From: Phoronis australis
Lineage: Eukaryota > Animalia > Phoronida
Direction of reading: 5' to 3'
Assembly: GCA_002633005.1 (NCBI GenBank)
Contig: NMRA01000240.1
Coordinates: forward strand, 265,019 to 329,018
Length of the DNA: 64,000 bases
Part shown: positions 13,575 through 25,289 of the stretch, one piece after another
Layout of the letters: each line of letters begins with the position of its first letter
Numbering within the stretch: the first letter of the stretch is position 1
Notes under the pieces: generated by a model
What the model was told of the DNA's origin: nothing
What the model saw: the letters and a program-made list of their open reading frames with translations, nothing else
Databases searched by the model: none
Program-made: the position numbers and the translations under genes

Positions 13575-14521
13575 CTCATAAGTCACTGTCATGTAAAAAC
13601 CACCGTGTTTTTTAAAATACATTTGACAGACTTCGACAAAATAATGTGAGGTTCTTATGTCTAGCTAATTGGCCATATTCCATTCCTCTCCAAGAAACCT
13701 AAAAAATCACTTCCCTGGGGGCAGTATATCAGGTTTTAGTGTCATTAAGTGAAAAACGTTAAGAATCTAAAAAGTTACAAAGCTTTGACTTGTATATTTT
13801 TAAGAAATTTGACACAAAAATACAATGTTTAAAAGCGTACACCAATGAGCAAGAACTGAATGATCATTTGATTTAGTTTTAATTATTTAAAGTTACTAGA
13901 GAAGACGAGTGCCTAATTGCGGGCCTATACGGTAACAGCTTACCAATATCACACTGGCGCACTGACACTCACGGTCAGATTTGTTTCGCTGCTTTTAAAC
14001 TGAATGTACACAAGTACTCTGGCTAAGGTCCGTAGATTTTCCACTCAAAATGCAGACAATCACGCAATAGAAAGCGCAATTCTCGCAGAAAATGTTGAGG
14101 TATTTAGTTCACAATGCAAGGGCGCTCCTTAGTAACTCAAGTATCATTTCTCGAGTCAACTCTATTTCCACGCGCGCTTTTTTTTTTAGTTAGACTCGAC
14201 TGACACCGATTTCGAGATGAAGTTTTCGATTCTGAGTTCGACTTCGCCATGCCCTCAATCGCTCGACTTTGGGGAAGAATGTCAGCCAAACTGTTCTCTG
14301 AAAAATATTGAAAAATCATGCGAAATTCTCCTTGTATTGCTCATCAATTCCCTTCAAGTGATTAAAAAAATGCCCTCGAGGTTCGAATTACTTGTAACTC
14401 ATAGAAGTGAGAATTTGAAGGAGCAAAACATGTTGGTCGTGGCTACTTGAGGCAGATCATTAAGGTTTGTTACATGGTGGGGGGGCGTAGTTTTGATGGT
14501 GGTCAGGAGGCAAGACTTTGC

Positions 14522-15099
14522 CGGGAGCATACCATTGCACCCCGGTTTCTATGCGTTCCGGGTTCTTTTTCTCCCGGGTTCTATGTATCACATTTCATAG
14601 TTTTCGGGCTCTGTGGGTCCTGAGTTCTTTGTGTACTGGTCATTTGTGTTATAGTTCAGGAGCTAAATGGACGAGCGTGCAAGTTTTAGATACAATCGCT
14701 GTTTTAGGTCCACATGACAATTTTGATTCTGGTCGTTGTCTGATCAAGCAAGGTCCCCTGGAATATTCGAGGGCGAGTTGGATTTTGACTCGGTCGCAAA
14801 CGATGTTCTTGTGCTGATTTTCCTAGCTGTTTGAGTGCTGCCAGCTACGCACGAAACCAGGTGTGAAGGTAAGCATTGCAATCCTCGTTTCCTGGCATTA
14901 AAATACATGCAGGTAGGACATTCTCTACAGGGGGGACAGTCACAATGACCACACCGAGACAAATAGAACCCCGTACGATGCATGGAGACATAGAATCCGG
15001 CACAGATAGAAGCCTGGTAGGCATAAAACGGGAAAAACAGAACCCAAGACGAATAGGATTCAAGAAACATTGAACCCGGGACTCATCGAGATGGCCCCG
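14522..15099. mobile_element. Non-autonomous foldback element with inverted arrays of 15-16 bp subrepeats (CCGGGTTCTATG-like)
   Basis: About 6 CCGGGTTCT-type units at 14543-14646 and about 7 inverted AGAACCCGG-type units at 14961-15080. Termini are CGGGAGCAT / ATGGCCCCG. Confidence 0.6.
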
Positions 15100-15421
15100 A
15101 TTTCTCGCTCACTCCGAAATATTCCTCTCTCAGAAGGCACAAACACATTTTCCATCGGATGAACGAGGACCCTAGTTCGGCCTGAATTAGGCACTTGGTC
15201 CAGGCCTTCGGAAACTGCACCCAGACTTGAGTAATACATGGTGTTTTCACCACGTGCTGCACGTGAATTAATTTTTCTGAAGATGGAATGTGGAACTTCC
15301 ACGCTCATGGCATTTGTCTCTTGTCACGTTGTTTTGTCTTAAGACAGAGTATGTTTGCATGGAAATTTATATCCGAATATGAAGTTTGGTTATGCCAGTG
15401 ACCGCAAAAATATTTTTCAGC

Positions 15422-16360
15422 ATGCAACAATGTAATCTCTGCAGTACGTTACTGAGGACTTGGACATTCGTAAGCCTGGTTATTCCATTTCTTCCTTATC
15501 CTGCGGAGATGGTCGTGACTGAGACATCATTTCCAGAAATTGAGCAGTGTGATTCAGACGTAGTATTTGCCATACCTGTAAGTGATTCCATCGATGAAAG
15601 TCAATACGAGCTTACGAAAGACTTCGTTATTGGAGTCGCCGACAAACTGCGATCTACAAACAGCCGGATTGGTGTTTTTCAATACGGTGACACCGTAGCT
15701 CCAAGTATAAAGTTAAACAGTGGTGTAAATGCCACAGTGCAAGACAGAATGAAAAAAAGGATAGAAACAATGAAAAAGGAGGATGCAAGAATCACGAAAA
15801 CAGGAGAAATTCCGACATTTTTTGGATTGGGCCTCGGTCAAGTTAGGTTGCAAGCCTTTTCACTGGTTAACAGTGATCGTCGCGACACAGTCAAAATAGT
15901 CATCGGCTTAGTGGATGGTCCTACAAATGAAGAACGTGTTCTAGGCGCTACCATGTCTTTGGGAAACCACCCTGAATTGCAGTCAGCTGCATATAATGAC
16001 TTTGGTTTTTTACTGTTCAGCGTTTTAATTAATCGACAGGCAAAAGGTAAAGAAATTGCTAAAAAGAATGGATACAGCGGACATTTTTTTGCCCCCTACT
16101 TCAAGCAGTTGGTTGATTTACAAGATATGGTCGCAACGGCTGTAAAGGCAAGATGTTGGCAGATGCGACAGATAAGAGGGGAATCAGTCACCGATCGTCT
16201 TGTGGGTGAAGTTTTCAAGAGCGACGACACTATTCACACAAAATGGTTGTGTGGACAAGTAGGCGACGGGGGAATTCCTTATTGTTCTGAATCTGCCGAA
16301 TACTTAAAAAGACCAAACTTGTACAGGAAACCACTCCCAGATAAATATTGTAAGTATTAA
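15422..16360 (+). CDS. Intronless, probably secreted von Willebrand factor type A (vWA) domain protein, 312 aa, degenerate MIDAS
   Basis: Uninterrupted ORF with a hydrophobic N-terminus (WTFVSLVIPFL). vWA hallmarks: C-x-x-DVVFAIPVSDSI, RIGVFQYGD, AFSLVNSDR, KIVIGLVDG and a closing Cys (VKARC). The ATG at 15422 directly follows a TTTTTCAG acceptor-like site ending at 15420. Confidence 0.82.
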   Translation: MQQCNLCSTLLRTWTFVSLVIPFLPYPAEMVVTETSFPEIEQCDSDVVFAIPVSDSIDESQYELTKDFVIGVADKLRSTNSRIGVFQYGDTVAPSIKLNSGVNATVQDRMKKRIETMKKEDARITKTGEIPTFFGLGLGQVRLQAFSLVNSDRRDTVKIVIGLVDGPTNEERVLGATMSLGNHPELQSAAYNDFGFLLFSVLINRQAKGKEIAKKNGYSGHFFAPYFKQLVDLQDMVATAVKARCWQMRQIRGESVTDRLVGEVFKSDDTIHTKWLCGQVGDGGIPYCSESAEYLKRPNLYRKPLPDKYCKY

Positions 16361-16413
16361 GCTGCAATAGCATGTACAAAATTCTGCCAGCTGATATACC
16401 ATATTGCCACGTC

Positions 16414-17163
16414 TTTATGTTTAACAGGCGTACAAGTTAAAGCACAACTGGAATCCGCCATGTTAACTATTTTTAGTTCCTTGAATTCACAGTTTTCAGA
16501 TTGTTTTGATAATTTCGTAGCTAATTCACCACTCACGGGAATTATTTAATGGGATCCAGGAAAGATAAGGCTTTGAAGGTTTGTGCAAAATAAGTTTGAG
16601 GGAGATGCACGCAGATTTTATTTGGATTTTGTACAGTTGAAGTTGGGAGCCTCGGCTCGGCAGCCTGTATCTGAAATCATACCCTTTTTGCGACTTTTTT
16701 ACCTAATTGGTTCTCATAACGGTGGATGCGCCTTTTGAATTTCGCAGTTTTAATTGAGAGATACGTTTTGCACTAGAAAAATTTTGTTTTGTTGAACACT
16801 GGGTTATTTCTGTAATTGTTTGTGTTACGGCCTGCGGCAAGTTCAGATCACTGGCGTTCGAATTTTTCCGATGACTCATAACCATTTATAAGAAACATAA
16901 AGGTTGGGCACAAATACTTTGCCGAGCCGAGGCTCCCAACTTCAACTGTACAAAATCCAAATGAAATCTGCGTGCATCTCCCTCAAACTTATTTTGCACA
17001 AACCTTCAAAGCCTTTCCTGGATCCCATTAAATAATTCCTGTGAGTGGTGAATTAGCTACGAAATTATCAAAACAATCTGAAAACTGTGAATTCAAGGAA
17101 CTAAAAATAGTTAACATGGCGGAATCCAGTTGTGCTTTAACTTGTACGCCTGTCAAACATAAA
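16414..17163. repeat. Foldback/MITE-like element with ~250-bp near-perfect inverted arms
   Basis: Arm 16414-16662 is the reverse complement of 16920-17163, with a few mismatches and one small indel. The spacer is about 257 bp. No target site duplication (TSD) seen. Confidence 0.88.
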
Positions 17164-20100
17164 ATTTTAGTTTGAGTAAGCAATCCCTACGTAAAAGTGA
17201 AGCAATTTATCCCCAATGTAAATGAATGAGGTTACTAAAAATCCTTTCATTTGTGTGCATTGTGTTTCTCCTTATAGCTCATTATATCACTTAACCTGGA
17301 ATTCAATTGCAAGAACTGGCGTTAATCTTTTGTTTGATCTTAACATTATGTGCTACTCTTTGTTGAAACACAACAAAAAGTCGGATTTTGGGCGGAAATG
17401 TCCGATGTCTTACAGCACGTTTAGTCGCGGTAAATCGACTATCGGCAATTGCCTGATTTCACAGTAGGTCAGCGTTAGTAGCCAGCAACCCTGGTAATTC
17501 AGTTATAAACGACGTTGTTTTTCATAAGCAAAGTTTAACTACATTCAACCTTATGCTAAATTATGTGGAGGGCACTCAAATAACATTCGTGGGCGCGCGA
17601 AAACATAGCTTCGGAATTGCTTCTGGAGAGTCCGCTAAAAACCCGTATGCTCGAAAGTCGTCTGCCATGAACGTCTTACTTCACAAAGTAAGGTCCTTGA
17701 ATTTGTGATTTTGGCGTTTTTTGTCATTTTTGTTGTCAAATAAGCACTCAATTTGAAGTAATCAAGTGAAAGAAGGTATTCAAAGATTAGTTTGATGCTG
17801 ATTTCGTGGAGAATTCCAAGCAAACAGATTTTGGGTGTCCAAATGTCTGTGGTCCAGCCTTTATGTTTTCTTAGTAGTGAGTGACGTCAGTGGTGATCGA
17901 GGCGGAGGAACACATAAACTCAAGCGCCTGTGGTTCAAATATCCGTTGAGTTTGGCAGCCTAGTTTGGCGCGACCAACGGCGCTCAATCCTCGTACAGAA
18001 GCAAGTTTTATCTCGAAGAACTTTTGAGATTGACTCTGTGTAAAAACCAACAGGCAGAGTCTATGCCCAAAATCACAGATTTTTTAGACTTAGCGCATGA
18101 TTTTGGTTTGGTAAAATGCAGAAAAATCATTTTTTAAGAAGTTTCATCCATTATTTCTATTTTTTATTGGCTCGTACGTCCATTTTACAACAAAATTAGG
18201 CCCCGAAGTGGACAAGTTTGAATGAATTTTACCAGCATGTATAGCTAGTTGATAACAAATGAGTGATATGGTTTTAACTGAGTATGATTGACTAACCTAA
18301 TGACATAACTTTCAAAATTCATTCTTAAATTTGTATGCCTTGATTTTGTATGGCAAAAACGGCTATTTTGCAGGTTTTCACTGACGCCATTTTCGGCCAA
18401 ATTTGGCACTCTGTAGCAGCCACATTGCACCTTTTCAAAAATTGACCTTCTAATACTTTGTTTAGTACTCCTACCCTTTTTATGGTCTAAACTAAAAATG
18501 TTGCCTCTCCCGTAGTTTTTGCTAACGAAGCATTGCACGAACTGCACTTCGTCCTACTTACCTGTTCTCAGTTGCCTCAACTTCCCATAAGGGGCCTCTT
18601 GAAATGTGTAATTAGCTTGCAAAAACGAGGCAAAAAGCTTGTATATTTTAGCGAAAAAGCACCTTTCTCTCAAAGCCACATTGGTGATTATTTCTAATTA
18701 CAAAAAATTGTTTACCTTAATTGTGACTGACGCTACAACCAGCCGAATCTGCCTTATGTTTAAGTCTTCGTAGTGAGAGCCTCTGGCATGGGAAGGGAGG
18801 CACTTAAGAGGGTTATGGCAAAAAAACTCTTCAACTTGGTCAAAACTCATTGCAAGTTTGCTTTCATCTTGTAATGTCCCCGCAGGTTGCCAATATGCAC
18901 ACCGGTCGCCGCCCACGTAACCAACGTTGAATATTTCTGACAGTGCGATCACTCATGCAAAGGCATACATTCAAGGTTTAAGAGAAAACAATTCATGCAA
19001 GTCAATTTTATTAATGACTCAGGTCATGACTAGACAGACATTAGGTAAACACAGTTGTACACAACGGTCTGGAATTCATAGCAAACATACCGAGTGACTG
19101 CTTGACTTTGTGCCGTAGCAAGGCCGGTGGGCCAGATGCCCGGCTCCGCCGTCTGTCGAAGGGGGAAGTAATAAAAAGCTGTCGTCCAAGGGGGCACTAG
19201 GTATCTTTTAACTGGGGGATTACACAGCTATCAACCGGGGCGGGGGCGCCACTAAAATGAGGTGTCGATGAGGGGTAATTGGAAGCCGTTTTAACTCCAA
19301 CTGTGACACTTGATCTTGAGGCTGATGAAGTCGAAGGCTCCGGCTGGTACCAATTCTGAGCCTATCCAAACTGAGCCAATATCCATCGTAATACATGTAT
19401 GTTGAAGTCCGAATATCTCGTTTAGATTTCTTCCTGAAGGCATTGGGTATTTAGGGTACATACACTTTGTGCTTGGATGAAAACATGCACTTTGGTGAAC
19501 ATCGATTTGACTACACGACTCATGGTCCTGTTCATGCAGTCACAAATTTACATATCGTGACTAGTACTGGCTCATACTCTGCCATCGGCCTTGATTTATA
19601 TGTATGTGATTCTTTACAGCATCTCAGATGTTCTGAAGTGTCTTTAGCATGACTGATTAAAGCCACAAGGCTTTTGTGATCGCACTTGTTAGATGAAAAC
19701 TCTCTGAACGAACAGAAACGGTCTTCGTTCTTCATTTTGCTTTTTACGTAATTGCCCCAAGACCAGTCTTTACAAAAAACAATTCTTACAAACTTCAACT
19801 CCAAAGAGATTTCTTTCCATTGAATTCTCCTGCAATTGTCAAATAAATTATAATCGAAGAAAACAAGAGGGTTACATGTACACTGCGTTCTTTGGTATAG
19901 CTTCAGACCTAATGTCAGTTGACTCACTGGACAAAGTTCAAGGGGTTCAGTTTTGATACTGATTGCGTAATACATCCAGAAAACAATTAGTTTTCATACC
20001 TTAGACCTTGGACTTTATTTTTGTAACAATTTAAAGCAGATTTTTGTTCCAAATTCCGTTTAATTTGTCTGTCAACCATGCTCACGGTTTCCAAAATTGA

Positions 20101-20658
20101 CAGTTTTGCAAAACAATCTCCACTAAATGTAAATGTGAGGCAAGATATTTTGGTCAGTCATCAAGATTTAATCTCGAGCTGTATGTTAAAAAGTTAGACT
20201 AAGGTACAAAGCGCAATATTGCAGTAAGAGGGTCACAAAAACGGACACTAAAATTAGATAAGGAAAGTGGCCTGTGGATTATCTCCCCTGTCTAGCACAA
20301 GTCTGTCACATTTTGAGTAAATCCAAACAGTTATTTACAGTATACATTGGTTATTCCAACCACCAAAGTGCAACTTTCAATCTATTGTGTAAGGTACTTT
20401 TTTCGTTGATGAGAACGTACATTGTACAGTTTTGGAGGCAGCTAATGTGACCAGATACAGGCGCGAGGCATGGACAACTACTTGCCGTCATAGTAGGTAT
20501 GGACGGGCAGCCCAGAGCACTTAAACTAGATGAACGAGGTACCATCATCTGACAGGTGCACCTAGTGTCCACCTCAGTACATGTACATTCGGAGACAGAC
20601 GTCTGTCGTTGCCTGCACTATGGGTGCGACCTGGGGAGCCATCATACAATGATGAAAA

Positions 20659-21110
20659 TACTCTCTGAGTTTTGCCCGCCGAAACCCACAAAAAATGTCA
20701 ACCACCGTATGCTATTGGAAATTTGAGCTAGACTAAATATTCGAGGTACAAACTAAAACTGATTTACATGTAAGCCGAACAACAGTGCCGCAGTGATCAC
20801 CGAAAGACCTATGACAGACAAACTGCACACTAAATAGGGTCTGTCAAAAAGGCCCCCCAAAAATGATTTAGCTCATACATTTAAGGTACCTCAAAAACAG
20901 TTCCATATGATTCAATACGTGTCACTGATCACTAAATGCTTCCTGAAAGACAAAATACACTCTGGGTTATGCCCGCCAGAATCCCTCAAAAATGTCAACC
21001 ATTAAAAATTTGAGCTAGACTGGGTATTCGAAGTACCAGCCAAAACTGATTTAAAACGAACAATAGTACCACACTGAACACCGAATGACCCATGCCAGAC
21101 AAATTGCACT
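20659..21110. repeat. Diverged direct repeat, ~300-bp spacing
   Basis: gcccgcc...aaaaatgtcaacca...aaatttgagctagact...aaaactgattta...cagacaaa occurs at about 20660-20830 and 20955-21110. Confidence 0.65.
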
Positions 21111-21169
21111 TTACTCTTTGCAAAACTTGAATTCTTTCTTATTGTGGATGGGCGACTCCAGACATTTTG

Positions 21170-22155
21170 TCTAAATGTACTGGACGAGACCCCGTTTGCA
21201 TAGCAAGGCTGGAAACGCGACCATGGATTTCGGTGGCGCCCGTAAACGCTGGGTACAACTAGGCTCTGTTTACTGTCGTGGTCACTGTACCACTAAGTGG
21301 ACGTAAATGTATGCTGACTGGGATGGTAATTTTCAAAGGGTTGAAGAAGAAACCAGTATGCCGTGTTCCCAACAACATGGAAGTGCGAGGTCCTTATTTC
21401 AACACTGACAAATCCGTTTTGCTCATGGACGCACACCGGAGCCACTATGCAGAAACTGTATCCACAGAATTTCGAAAATTGAATAGTGACGTGAAGATAA
21501 TTCCAGCCAGAATGACCCATTTCCTTGATGTTTCTGTAAGCGCTCCGTTTAAAGCTATGTTTCGATAGCAGTATCAGTATTGGCTTGAAAACAGCGAGAA
21601 AGAATAGACCTCGAGAGGTTATCGCCGCCGCCCATGCTACGAGAAACTCCTAGAATTTGTTTGGTCAGCCATCCAGCAAACCCCGCAAGACATCATTATC
21701 GGACCGTTTTAATGTTGCAGCATAGCTGCCGATGGACAAATGGTCTCTGCCGAATTCCTCAACGCCCGATTCGCAAACAAATGGGGTACAACGCAAGTAT
21801 CCAAGACATGGACGGCAAGTCATGGGATCCCTCCAGCAACTTGGAGGTGGAAATCAATTCAGAGGAGGAGCTGTATGAAAACATTGACATGGACTGAATA
21901 CAGGTAGATTAAATTTTTCTCGGCCGATTTTGTACTTGAATTTGTTTTTAAAACTTTTATGTTAATAAATGCATAACTCGGCAAAACATTGTTCGTTTTT
22001 ATAAATCATAAATGTTCCACAAAACTGAATTTGTAACTAAAAGTTGACGCTAAGTAGGCTTTTAGAGGACCCATGGGCGTTTAGTCGGAATAATTTTCCG
22101 AATAAACGCCCATGGGCTTTTCATCGGATGGGCTTATCTACGGAAAACCCCGGTA
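21170..22155 (+). mobile_element. pogo/Tigger-type (DDE_1) transposon remnant with 3' TIR
   Basis: Degenerate motifs DETP, FTVVV, MVIFKG, LLMDAHRSH, KIIPARMT, LDVSVSAPFK and TSRGYRRRP. It ends ...GAAAACCCCGG|TA after subterminal CCCATGGGC repeats. Confidence 0.85.
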
Positions 22156-23259
22156 TCTCCTTGGGAGAAAACACTTGTTGTTTGTAATTGTCGGGTGGTT
22201 GTTTGAAAGCGTTGTGATGACTATTTCTAGAATATTTTGATTAACTACGGTTTTTAAAAACACATCTGTTGCCTTTCTTAAAGGCATTGTTTATTAGTTA
22301 ATGTAGTGAAAGGACTCTTTGAAAAACGTGGTTCCTCTGTGCAATGAATATTTAGGGGTCATGTGTTCCCGCTGAAGTATATATTTCCGGCTGGCAGTTT
22401 TGATAGCTCATTATACTACTCTAGCTGCAATCTTAATCATCATTCAGTGGGTTGTTTTTGACAGTTCCTGGTGTGTCAAAGTTTAAGCGTTATCAGGTAT
22501 TTTCCAAAATGCTTACTTTCTGCCACCATCAATTTGCCACTCAGTGTAGCCCTATCATTTATGTTATGCAAGGAGATGCGTCTCACACGCACGATTTCTG
22601 AATGATCTCCTCAAAATGAGTGCAGTCCAAATTCGATTGCCAAGGGAAATTTCTACGTTTTCAGCGATGACTTCGGTAGGATTTGGCGTACTCAAGTTGA
22701 TTTTTGCAGACGAACGAACAAGCTCAGGCTCGAAACAGGAATTCACCATTTCACCACTAACTTCCAAATCGCCATAAATGGGATTACTTTCATCTAAGTT
22801 TCACTACAACACCTATATCAGCTGGTTCAGCACACTCGATTGCCCGGTTACACAGTTTGTTGACAGGGTTAGATTAGAGTTAGTTAGTATTATTGTGGTG
22901 AGCAGTCAAGCTAGATGACTTGCTGAAGGGTAATGAAATATAATTAAAAAAACACTTTAGGATTTTCAGAATAATTTTATTTTTTCGCTATATTCTACAT
23001 CAGGAATTAAGAGTTAGGTAAACATAAAAATGTAAACAGGAGTCAAAATGTTTTGTACCCAAAAGCCTTAAAATGAAAAAAGGCTTTGTCAACTTTCAAA
23101 TGTGGACAAGGTCAGATAAATCTATATTTTTTCAACGGGTTAACATTTTAAGGTCAATAATTTCCAATTTCCGACAACTTGCATATTCTAAAGAGAGCTT
23201 AAACGAGCTCGGAATGTTATGGCTTTGTATAAACTAACTTGATGCATGTGACATATGTC

Positions 23260-23550
23260 CTATTTATTACAGTATAATTTCTTTAGCCAATAAGAATCCA
23301 GGAATAATTACTGTGATAAATATGTATTACTGTAATTAAGTAATATCTATATATTTCTGGAATAAATGAACTAATTATACTAAATAATTACATTAATAAG
23401 TATCTATTACAGCAATAACTACTTATTCCAGTAATAAATATATATTACTGGAATAAACACAGCAATATATGCAAGGAATAATCAGTAATTAATAAGTATT
23501 TATTGCAGTAACTAATGATTATCCCAGTAATAATTATATATTATCATAAT
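23260..23550. repeat. AT-rich degenerate minisatellite (taataa/ttactg motifs)
   Basis: Recurring tattacag, ttactg, ggaataa and gtaataa motifs in very low-complexity sequence. Confidence 0.55.
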
Positions 23551-23806
23551 TTCTCAGATGCCAGGCATTTTTCTTGCCCCAGATTTGCCCGCAGCGTTTG
23601 CAGCCGATTCAGCACTCTGCTAGTGTTTCCCATATTAACGCCGTCATCATTAAGGCACTCGCAAATATTGCAGCAATTCATGATCGGTGCTTCTAGAAAG
23701 TATGCATGTATCAACTTTTTAATAGCAATTAACTTTATTTATAGAGGATAAAATTCAATAGATATAAAACATGCTTTAGCCAAAGGCTAATATACAGCAT
23801 AGTCCT

Positions 23807-24320
23807 CTACAGCTGACTGAAGACGTTGCCTTGTACTTTCATGTACATGGTTTCCCAGACCTTTCTCTTGGTCCAACCTGTTTCACTGTCAAGTTTTCGG
23901 ATGTTGTTCCACTGGATATTGAGTTGTTTCGACCACATGTGTTCTGCTACTCCTGGTGAGGTATTACCCTCTCTACAACACCTCTTATGTTCAGCAATTC
24001 TTGTCTCCAGTGGTCTCAATGTTTCACCGATATATGATTCACCACATTCACTTGGGATTCCATAGATGACATTTTTCTTTTTCCCCATGTCAGTTCTTGC
24101 CGACCCAGTGTGCCTGATCTGCGGTATACAGTCCATATTTTAAATTCTTTGCATATGCGTCCTATCTTCTCGGTTATTCAGGATATAATGTGGTAGGCAC
24201 ATAGTCTGCAGAGGGAGTTTTTCTGCTTCTTTCTCTTTTCTCTGCGATGTTAAAGCCGACTTGATGAAATCCCTTAGGTAGCCATTTCTTTCGAATGCTC
24301 TGTCAGGTTGGTCATTCCTG
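23807..24320 (-). mobile_element. Penelope-like retroelement remnant (GIY-YIG endonuclease)
   Basis: NVIYGIPSECGESYIGETLRPLETRIAEHKR...GVAEHMW, with a frameshifted upstream AFERNGY linker motif. Confidence 0.88.
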
Positions 24321-25289
24321 CTCGAAGTGCTATATCACTGCACTACGCCATTTCACTACATTGAGTAATGCCGTGAATATTTGCTACTAGTTGGCCCGCA
24401 AACTGCGAATCAATTTGTCATGTATCAAATTTCGTATTTTCTAGGTACCGAAGGTACTCTACTTTATTTCTGAAAAGTGCTCGTAGTCATGGAATTAGGA
24501 TACTTACTACACAAACAGCAGTAGTCTTGGCAGGACACCTTTTGCGAGAGACGAAATTCAAATCTCACTGGTTTTACAAAGCTCAGAAATCTTATTTGCA
24601 CGGCTAAAAAACAAAACACCACCGATAAATTATTTTCATTATATTTTCCTTCAAAAATCGTGGTTGCCCCTCCCCTCTTGCGACTTTCCAAATCTTACAG
24701 TGTTGTATGAAAAATGTCATTTATTTTTTGGTTTTATCTGTGATTGTCCTGCTAACAAAGGAGAGGGTTGCTGTGAGTTAGCTCTGGAGTGTGTCTGAGC
24801 AAACGTTATTTTTGAGGAATCTTCAAGTGGTTTTGATGCAGGGCGTTGAAAGCGGAAAACAAAGTCAAGGAGGAAGATTCATTGGCAACTGCAGGTAAAA
24901 GCAACACTACTGATGACCATATATAGTCGTCAGTGCACCAATAACATCACTTTTTGGGGTGGTATGGCTGACTAGTGTTATCATTTTGCTATCTGTATGC
25001 AGTTTGTTGTGACTGATACAATTGAAAACTTGGAGACTTTCAAGCAGCAATGAGGGCTGACTACATGGAACCAGCTACCAGTGAGAAGATACTTCATCTG
25101 CGCAGTAGGAGGCACAGAGGAATATAGTTGACTAAGTGTATGTGACTAGATGTGAGAAGTTTAAATAAGTGAAATCACTTCCCAGTCCTCCAGAGGGCAA
25201 TGGTATCCTGTTCCAGGTGAGCAGCCATTACTTGACTATATGAATGCCTCTTGTTGGAAGCATGATCAGATTTTCGTCCACTTCAGAGG

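Noticed and set aside
18698-20600. Minus-strand ORF fragments (147 aa, 84 aa, 73 aa)
   Set aside because: They look like decayed coding sequence, possibly TE-derived, but I recognise no diagnostic motif.
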